NCBI GenBank assembly: GCA_963665095.1
Contig: OY762069.1
Location: forward strand, 5,120,001-5,184,000
Source of the DNA: an uncultured Desulfobacter sp.
GTDB taxonomy: Bacteria; Desulfobacterota; Desulfobacteria; Desulfobacterales; Desulfobacteraceae
Reading direction: 5' to 3'
DNA length: 64,000 nt
The notes beneath the pieces were generated by a model that ran no database searches, was not told the DNA's origin, and saw only the letters and a list, made by a program, of their open reading frames with translations. A program made the position numbers and the translations under genes. The stretch's first letter is position 1; every line of letters starts with the position of its first letter. Positions 57,227 through 64,000 of this stretch are shown in pieces.

Positions 57227-58915
57227 TTAAAACAGCTGAGTCCCTTTTGTACTGATTTTTTCAATAAGGATAAATCCGGCGGCTGTGACCACCATGAGAA
57301 TGGTGGAAATGGCCATGGCCTGGCCGTAGTTCATGGCGCCCGGCTGACCGAGAAACCGGTAGATGGCCAAAGGAATGGTGGGGGTGCGCGGACCTGCCGT
57401 GAAAATGGTGGCCCCGAATTCTCCCAGGCTGATGGTAAAGGCAAATACTGCCCCTGCTGTGAGTGCCCTGGATATCAGGGGCAGGTCCAGACATTTGAAG
57501 ATGGTGGCAGGAGAAGCCCCCAGAGTGGCGGCGGCCTCCCGGATATCGTCGGGAATGCTTTTCAAGGCAGGCAGCACCGCTCTTAGCACAAAGGGAAATC
57601 CCACCAGGGCATGGACCAGGGGCACCAGCAGGATGGAGGCCCGTAAATTCAAAGGTGGTTTGTCCAGGGTGATGATGATGCCAAACCCCAGAGTTACGGC
57701 TGACGTGGACAGGGGCAGCATGAATAACGGATCAAAAAATCGCGTAATGCCATGGGCTTTAATCCGGTCAAAGTGGGAGAGGCAAAGGGCCGCACAAAGA
57801 CCTGTAATGAGCGCAATGACCAGGGCGGTGCCGGCAAATAGGAATGAAAATTTTACAGCGGTAAACGGTGGTACATGGAAAATAGAGTTGGCCGGATTGG
57901 TGAAAATGGCCTGGTAATACACCATGGAGAGCCGGCCGTCATGGACCAGGGATTTGGCTGTGAGCGCTGCCATGGGTAAGGCGCATAACAGGATGATAAA
58001 ACCGGCAGTTCCTGTTATGGCCACTTTTTCCCATGCCTTTGCCGGCCGTTTAAAATGCGGGGCCGCGCCCTGGGGTGCCAGGCGCACAGCACGCCTGGAA
58101 AAGCCAGTGTAAAGGCCCATAAGCACCAGGGTGAACACAATCTGGAGCAGGGAGAGAAATGCGGCCAGGGGCAGGTTGAACAGATAGGCCGCCTGCCGGT
58201 AAATTTCTGCTTCAATGGTGGAATAGGAGGGTCCCCCAAGGATCAGGATAATACCGAAACTTGAAAAGCAGAACATGAACACCAGCAAAGAGGCCGCCCA
58301 TACAGCCGGTTTCAGGAGGGGCAGGGTAATGTGTATAAAGGTTTGAAAGGGCGTTGCTCCAAGCATGGCGGCTGCCTCCTGAATATTTCCCCGCAGGCCG
58401 GACCAGTAACTGGTCAAAATTCTGAGCATCACTGAAAAATTGTAAAACACATGGGCCATGAAAATAAGAACCAGGGGATGATGGATATGCAGAAACGAAA
58501 GCCACCCGTTTTTGCCAAACCCCGCATCAAAGGCGGCTGCCACAACCACGGCCGGAAGCACAAAAGGGATGGAGGCAAGCATGGTAAAAAGCTTTTTTCC
58601 GGCAAATTCATAGTGGGACATGACAAAGGCGCAGGGCATGGCACAAACCAGGGTAAGTCCCGTGGACACTGCCGCCTGCCAGAAGGTAAACCAGATAATA
58701 TGGTGCAGCCGACCGGAGCCGGTGACCTGGGCCATGAATGAGAGGTCCGGGTGAAACGTTGGAGGAAACCCGGGGAAAAAGCTCCGGGTGAAAATACCGG
58801 AAAGCGGATAAAAATAGAAAACAATGAAAAATACAAGGGGCACCAGACCGGCCAAGGCATAGGGGTGTGGAAATCGGCCGCGGGTAGTGCCCGGTTTTTT
58901 ATTTTTCAGATCCAT
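57227..58915 (-). CDS. thiP: ABC transporter permease (ThiP-like, duplicated)
   Basis: FTFWQA, two EAAAxLGA loops, SLGEFGAT. Confidence 0.82.
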   Translation of the reverse strand: MDLKNKKPGTTRGRFPHPYALAGLVPLVFFIVFYFYPLSGIFTRSFFPGFPPTFHPDLSFMAQVTGSGRLHHIIWFTFWQAAVSTGLTLVCAMPCAFVMSHYEFAGKKLFTMLASIPFVLPAVVVAAAFDAGFGKNGWLSFLHIHHPLVLIFMAHVFYNFSVMLRILTSYWSGLRGNIQEAAAMLGATPFQTFIHITLPLLKPAVWAASLLVFMFCFSSFGIILILGGPSYSTIEAEIYRQAAYLFNLPLAAFLSLLQIVFTLVLMGLYTGFSRRAVRLAPQGAAPHFKRPAKAWEKVAITGTAGFIILLCALPMAALTAKSLVHDGRLSMVYYQAIFTNPANSIFHVPPFTAVKFSFLFAGTALVIALITGLCAALCLSHFDRIKAHGITRFFDPLFMLPLSTSAVTLGFGIIITLDKPPLNLRASILLVPLVHALVGFPFVLRAVLPALKSIPDDIREAAATLGASPATIFKCLDLPLISRALTAGAVFAFTISLGEFGATIFTAGPRTPTIPLAIYRFLGQPGAMNYGQAMAISTILMVVTAAGFILIEKISTKGTQLF

Positions 58916-58949
58916 TTACATGAAGGTGTCAATTGGTGGTGAACTTTTT

Positions 58950-59996
58950 TTACCTTAAAAGTTTTTCTGTCCACTCCCGGATCCATTTGTCCCGGTTCTC
59001 GTTGATATCGTCAGCCGGCAGGGATGCCGGTGAGGCGGAAATCCTGGCATATTTTTCAAATACTTCCGGCAGTTTTGCCTCTGTGCTGGCCGGAAAGACG
59101 AACATCTGCAAAGGGATATCTTCCTGGAATCGCCTGCTTAAAAGAAAGTCCATGGCCTTGCGGGCCAGGTCTGTATTGGGACAGTTTTTCAGTATCCCGG
59201 CAAATTCGATCTGGCGAAAGGCGGCTCCGTTCTCGTTAATAAGGTCAGTGGGGGCGCTTTCCATCTTTTTTTCAGCATAAAATACTTCGGCTGCCGGACT
59301 GGAGGCATAGGAGACCACAAGGGGCCGGTCTCCTTTGGAGGCCGCGGTGAACTGTCCCCAATAGGCATCCTGCCAGCCGTTGACCACCATCACCCCGTTA
59401 TCCTTGAGGTGCTGCCAGAAGGCCAGATATCCGGTTTCTCCGAACCGGCTGATGGTAGCCAGAAGAAAGGCCAGGCCCGGGGAGGAGGTGGCTGGATTCT
59501 GAACCACCAGAAGGTTTTTATATTCAGGGCGCATCAGATCTTCAAGATCTGCCGGGGGGGCAAGGTTTTTATCTTTAAACCACCTGATGTCGTAGTTCAG
59601 GCAGACATCCCCGTAATCAACCGGCACCAGCCGGTTTTTGTCATCCAGCATGAGCGTCTCATTAATATCTTCAATGCCTTTGGGCGGGTATGAAATAAAC
59701 AGATCATTCTCCAGGGCCCGGCCAAGAAAGGTATTGTCCACCCCGAAAAACAGGTCAGCCATGGGATTGTTTTTTGACAGGATGGCCTTATTCAGGGCCT
59801 GGCCAGCATCTCCGCTGCGCAGAATAACGATATCCGCCCCCACTGCTTTTTTAAAATCTTCGAGCACCGGTTTTGACATGCTGAAACTGTCATGGGTCAT
59901 GATGGTCAGCTCCCTGGCAAAGACCAGAGAACACAGAAAGGAAAGACTTAAAAATGCAGAAAGAATAGTAGTAATAACAGCCGTAAATATCTTCAT
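58950..59996 (-). CDS. thiB: Thiamine ABC transporter substrate-binding protein
   Basis: THDSF, GVDN, NPATSSPGLAFL, SYASSP, FRQIE. Confidence 0.88.
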   Translation of the reverse strand: MKIFTAVITTILSAFLSLSFLCSLVFARELTIMTHDSFSMSKPVLEDFKKAVGADIVILRSGDAGQALNKAILSKNNPMADLFFGVDNTFLGRALENDLFISYPPKGIEDINETLMLDDKNRLVPVDYGDVCLNYDIRWFKDKNLAPPADLEDLMRPEYKNLLVVQNPATSSPGLAFLLATISRFGETGYLAFWQHLKDNGVMVVNGWQDAYWGQFTAASKGDRPLVVSYASSPAAEVFYAEKKMESAPTDLINENGAAFRQIEFAGILKNCPNTDLARKAMDFLLSRRFQEDIPLQMFVFPASTEAKLPEVFEKYARISASPASLPADDINENRDKWIREWTEKLLR

Positions 59997-60069
59997 TTTT
60001 CTTCTTTGTTTTACAGATTCCTATTATAAAAAACGCTGTCATGGGAGGGCAGGCAAGTTATAGTTGAAC

Positions 60070-61722
60070 TTAGCGCCTTTCCGGCCAAATCTTCTCCGAC
60101 ATCTCGCTCAGTTTATACTTCTGGATCTTGCCCGATGCCGTCATGGGATATTGATCAATAAAATGGACATACCTGGGGATTTTGTAGCGGCTGATTTTTC
60201 CCCGGCAAAAGTCCTGGACATCGCTGGGCTCAAGGTTTGCCCCCTCTTTTAAAATTACAAAGGCACCCACCTCTTCACCGTATTTCGGACTGGGAACCGC
60301 CGCTACCTGGATGTCGCGTATCCCATCCATATGATATAGAAACTCTTCGATCTCCCTGGGGTAGATGTTTTCACCGCCCCGGATGATCATGTCCTTATGC
60401 CGGCCAGTGATGGACAGGTTGCCTGCTTCGTCCATGATTCCTAAGTCGCCTGAATGCAGCCAGCCGTCCTTGTCAATGGCCTGGGCTGTGGCTTCGGGAT
60501 TATTGTAGTATCCTTTCATGACGCTGTAGCCCCTGACACATACTTCACCCTGTTTGCCCGGGGGCAGATCTTCCCCGGTTTCAATGTCAATGACCTTTAC
60601 TTCAAGGTGGGGAAGCGCCCGGCCCACGGTCTCTGTCCGAACCCGGATGTCGTCGTGGGGCCGGGTCTGGGTCATGACTGGAGATGCCTCGGTCAGACCG
60701 TAGCAGATGGTGACTTCGCTCATGTTCATTTTATCGATAACGCTTTCCATGGTGTGGATGGGGCAGTTGGACCCTGCCATGATGCCGGTGCGCAAAGATG
60801 AAAAATCAAACTTATTGAAAAGGGGGTGGTCCAGCACGGCAATGAACATGGTGGGCACGCCGTAAAGCGCTGTACACTTTTCCTGTTCCACCGAGGCCAT
60901 GATCAGCATGGGGTCAAAGCTTTCAAGAATTACCATGCAGGTGCCGTGGTTGATGGCCGCCATTACCCCTAATACACAGCCGAAACAGTGGAACAGCGGC
61001 ACCGGCAGACAGACCCGGTCATCAGGGCCGAAATTCTGGTTGGCCCCGATCCAGAAACCATTGTTGCCGATATTGTAATGGGTAAGCATCACGCCCTTGG
61101 GAAAACCGGTGGTGCCTGAGGTATACTGCATATTCACCACATCATGGGGATCCAGGCTCTCCTGGCGGGCCTGGTACTCCTCTTCGGTTACCATTACGGA
61201 CAGGGCCCGGATTTCCGGGATGGTATACATGCCCCTGTGTTTTTCAGGACCAAGGAAGGCCACCCGTTTAAGATGGGGGAATTTTTCAGATTTCAGGTGT
61301 CCGCGCTGACAGGTTTTAAGCTCCGGGACCAGTTCGTATATGGTGGAGATATAATCCGTGTCCTGGTATCCATCAATGAGAAAGAGGTTTTCACAGTCAG
61401 ACTGTTGAAGCAAATATTCAAGCTCAGCGGTTTTATAATTGGTATTCACCGTGAGAAGCACAGCCCCGATTTTGGCCGTGGCAAACTGTAAAGTAACCCA
61501 GAAAGGAATATTGGTGGCCCATACCCCGACCTTTTCCCCTTTTTTAACCCCTAAAGCCATGAGCCCCTTGGCGGTTTCATCCACATAGGTTGCAAACTGG
61601 CTGTAGGTCAGGCGAAAATCTCTGTCTACATAAACAATGGCCGGGTTGTCCGGGTATTTTTCAACAGTACGGTCCAGGATCTGGCCCAGGGTAAGCGATT
61701 GTAATGCCAAAGTTTCATCCAT
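60070..61722 (-). CDS. AMP-binding acyl-CoA synthetase
   Basis: [35 protein letters not shown]. Confidence 0.92.
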   Translation of the reverse strand: MDETLALQSLTLGQILDRTVEKYPDNPAIVYVDRDFRLTYSQFATYVDETAKGLMALGVKKGEKVGVWATNIPFWVTLQFATAKIGAVLLTVNTNYKTAELEYLLQQSDCENLFLIDGYQDTDYISTIYELVPELKTCQRGHLKSEKFPHLKRVAFLGPEKHRGMYTIPEIRALSVMVTEEEYQARQESLDPHDVVNMQYTSGTTGFPKGVMLTHYNIGNNGFWIGANQNFGPDDRVCLPVPLFHCFGCVLGVMAAINHGTCMVILESFDPMLIMASVEQEKCTALYGVPTMFIAVLDHPLFNKFDFSSLRTGIMAGSNCPIHTMESVIDKMNMSEVTICYGLTEASPVMTQTRPHDDIRVRTETVGRALPHLEVKVIDIETGEDLPPGKQGEVCVRGYSVMKGYYNNPEATAQAIDKDGWLHSGDLGIMDEAGNLSITGRHKDMIIRGGENIYPREIEEFLYHMDGIRDIQVAAVPSPKYGEEVGAFVILKEGANLEPSDVQDFCRGKISRYKIPRYVHFIDQYPMTASGKIQKYKLSEMSEKIWPERR

Positions 61723-61839
61723 TTTAGTATTATTCCTCTTTTATAAGGAAAGAACCGGTTTTGAAAAAAACTGGTTCTTTGATTCAATGTTTCAGGCGCT
61801 TTTGAGAGGATACCCGCTCAGGCCGCAAAAATTAGTGTT

Positions 61840-62409
61840 CTATTCGGGGATATAAATTACCGCATGGATTTCAGCTTTTTCTTCACCGGCACAGGAGACA
61901 TAATGAGGGACCACGGAGTTGTAATATATAGAGTCGCCGGCGTTAAGTTCATAAATTTTGTTGCCGTAAATCACTTCCACCTTGCCTGATACAACAATGA
62001 TGAACTCTTCGCCTTCATGGGAAGACAGGGTTTTGTCCCTGGCAGATTCCGGCATGATCTCAACGAAAAAGGGCTCCATGTGCCGGTCTGATTTGCCTTT
62101 GCCCAGGGCATAAAAATTTAAGGCCGGGGTTTTGTTTGTCCCGTCCAGTACTGAAAAACCGTCTGCCCGCTCCGCTTTGCGGACAATAAAGGGATCGCCG
62201 CTGTCCTGGTCATCCAGAAAAGTGCCCAGCCGTACGCCAAGAGCCCGTGCAATTTTCATTAAAGGTCCCAGAGGCGGATACACATCCTCGTCAAGCATGG
62301 TGGTGATAAATTTGGGATCAAGGCCTGCTGCCTCTGACAGGGCTGTGATGTCCATCTCCCTTTTTTCCATGTATGCTCTAATCCGCTGGTTTACTTTTCC
62401 TGTTTGCAT
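61840..62409 (-). CDS. XRE-family regulator with cupin domain
   Basis: N-terminal HTH; HEGEEF...GDSIYYNSVVPH cupin. Confidence 0.9.
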   Translation of the reverse strand: MQTGKVNQRIRAYMEKREMDITALSEAAGLDPKFITTMLDEDVYPPLGPLMKIARALGVRLGTFLDDQDSGDPFIVRKAERADGFSVLDGTNKTPALNFYALGKGKSDRHMEPFFVEIMPESARDKTLSSHEGEEFIIVVSGKVEVIYGNKIYELNAGDSIYYNSVVPHYVSCAGEEKAEIHAVIYIPE

Positions 62410-62734
62410 TTATCCTCCCTGTTTTTATAAAAGGTACCGGGGATTCCCACTTTTCATGTCCGCCCCATGCCCGGAACCAGGCCGTGATTCGCACCGGCTC
62501 CTATCCTCATTTTAGAAGAGATAATGCTATAATATATCATGACATTTTTGTCAAAAAATTCATAAAAATATGATCGCTGTTAACATCGCACGGGCGTAAC
62601 CGTTCGATTTGCCGGGTCCGGGAGTGAAAGCATGGCTGCTGGAAGTTGCTCAAAGGAGGAACGGCACCGGGCTGTTCATACCTCATGCCCCGGCACCCGG
62701 TGCTTCAGGGGTGAAGCACCGCCGAAAAGAATCC

Positions 62735-62861
62735 GTGTTTGAGCGAAAAGTCACATATATGCAAGGCGTAGAAAAAGTTGAGACCGGAGCAACATTTTCG
62801 GTAGTGAGGATTTTAAATTTTCTGTAACACAGCAGGTGGGTGGCTTTTCGCTCAAACACTA
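62735..62861. repeat. Full-length palindromic intergenic repeat (MITE/REP-like, about 127 bp)
   Basis: Terminal inverted repeats GTGTTTGAGCGAAAAGTCAC / GTGGCTTTTCGCTCAAACAC (19 of 20 match); related copy at 25502. Confidence 0.8.
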
Positions 62862-62873
62862 AGAACGTAAGTC

Positions 62874-63080
62874 TCAGGCATCTATCATGACACTGGTTGC
62901 TTTGATAACGACGGTAACCTCTTTGCCTGCCGCAAGGCCAAGCTTTTCTGCTGAACTGGTTGTGATGGTGGACACGACATCAACGCCCGGTGCTACCTCT
63001 ACAACGATTTCAGCCATAACCATGCCTTTTTTGACATCTTTAACCTTTCCTTTAATAAGGTTTCTTGCGCTTAACGACAT
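62874..63080 (-). CDS. mop: Molybdate-binding TOBE (Mop) protein
   Basis: SARN..KG.V, STIT..S...LGL, VIKA. Confidence 0.9.
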   Translation of the reverse strand: MSLSARNLIKGKVKDVKKGMVMAEIVVEVAPGVDVVSTITTSSAEKLGLAAGKEVTVVIKATSVMIDA

Positions 63081-63410
63081 AATAATTTTCTTCTTTTTTT
63101 TGATTGAAATAATGTTTTTTTGACAGGAATGCGTCAGGAAGACGACGGATGAAAATATGGTATGCTTATATCAGCACCTTGTCAAACGGTTCCGCAAAAA
63201 AAATGCATGGTACAAATTTTTTTGCTGAAGCATATAAATTTGTTTTAATAACAGGATGTTAACGATGTATTCGCCGGGTGTGGAATTTTTACTTGTTTCT
63301 TTGGCCGATTTAATAGTATCAAGACCCCGAAAAGACTGAGTGATTAGTGAAAAAAGGGGCTACCCCGTTTCGATCAAACGGCGAAAAGAAAAAGATAAAA
63401 GGAGTCTGCA

Positions 63411-64000
63411 ATGTCCGATACAGTTTCTTTCTCTATATGGCAGGGAATCCATCACCGGATACTTGAATCATTTCAGGGAAAAAATATAGTGGTGTCATAT
63501 TCAGGTGGAAAGGACTCATCCCTGCTCTTAAATTTCCTTCAACAGGCCGTACCGGTTTACGGATTTCATCTCCATGTGCATGGTGTGGCATATCCCTGCC
63601 ATGTATTTCCCAAAGACGAGCAGGCCCGGTTGTCAAAATACTGGCAGGACCATGGCCTTGACATTATCTGGCACACCGGTCAGGACTCGGATGCCCCTTT
63701 GGATAAGGTGTTTAAAAACAAGAAAAGCCCCTGTGTGGCCTGCAGTAAAGAAAAAAAACAGGCCCTTTATTCTTATTTTGATTCCCGGAATACAGACTGG
63801 AAAAATATGGTAATCGTTATTGGATATACCCTGTGGGATCTTGCCAGTGCCGTGGTGGAGCACACCCTGCGGGAAAGCTTTGGCGGGGGAGATCAGGGAG
63901 ATTTTCAGGGGCGGCCGGCCAAAGACCGTTTTCTTGAGATTGCCCAGCGCTTTTATCCGGTGCTTGACATGGGAAACGGGCTTAAGGTTTTCAAACCGCT
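63411..64000 (+). CDS. PP-loop ATPase of the TtcA/tRNA-thiolase family (partial, runs off the window; not in the ORF track)
   Basis: AGGAG RBS; VVSYSGGKDS, SPCVAC; frame stays open to the window end. Confidence 0.75.
   Translation, partial: MSDTVSFSIWQGIHHRILESFQGKNIVVSYSGGKDSSLLLNFLQQAVPVYGFHLHVHGVAYPCHVFPKDEQARLSKYWQDHGLDIIWHTGQDSDAPLDKVFKNKKSPCVACSKEKKQALYSYFDSRNTDWKNMVIVIGYTLWDLASAVVEHTLRESFGGGDQGDFQGRPAKDRFLEIAQRFYPVLDMGNGLKVFKP

Noticed and set aside
62590..62725. GC-rich hairpins (GGTGCTTCA-GGGG-TGAAGCACC) considered as a cobalamin or Moco riboswitch
   Set aside because: No conserved riboswitch cores, and the position is downstream of mop, so a terminator or repeat-associated stem is more likely.
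63081..63410. Searched for a ModE box upstream of mop
   Set aside because: No convincing match to the ModE palindrome.
1..64000. CRISPR arrays, tRNA/rRNA genes, intact IS elements, integrase or prophage genes
   Set aside because: None recognised by eye; short or degenerate elements could have been missed.

Overview
Chromosomal window from a sulfate-reducing deltaproteobacterium. Gene content and repeats suggest Desulfobacteraceae (Desulfobacter-like), which is an inference. From left to right: (1) 1-19.2 kb is a surface-glycan locus with a eukaryote-type UDP-galactopyranose mutase, GT2/GT4 glycosyltransferases, two secreted GH-A-clan-like proteins, a three-gene sulfation cassette (periplasmic arylsulfotransferase, tiny YVGPG membrane protein, membrane-fused PAPS sulfotransferase) and a secreted repeat protein. 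(2) 19.6-32.4 kb holds DHFR-like, mntP, iorAB-paaK-TRAP, a CoA-transferase/GNAT fusion and lrp-lysA. (3) 32.7-48.7 kb holds c-di-GMP/chemotaxis/sigma-54 regulators and flgBC-fliEFGHIJ-motE. (4) 48.7-56.5 kb holds an SNF2 ATPase and an accessory patch with lipoproteins, an orphan structured non-coding element, a nucleotidyltransferase-fold gene and a SMI1/KNR4 pseudogene. (5) 56.5-64 kb holds thiBPQ-like genes, acyl-CoA synthetase, an XRE-cupin regulator, mop and a partial TtcA-like gene. I saw no CRISPR array, rRNA, tRNA or intact transposase. The best candidates for new biology are the putative trans-envelope two-step sulfation relay, the orphan intron-like structured element, a tandem domain shared by two secreted proteins, and an E-to-Q CoA-transferase-GNAT fusion. 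All family calls come from motif recognition by eye; no database searches were run.
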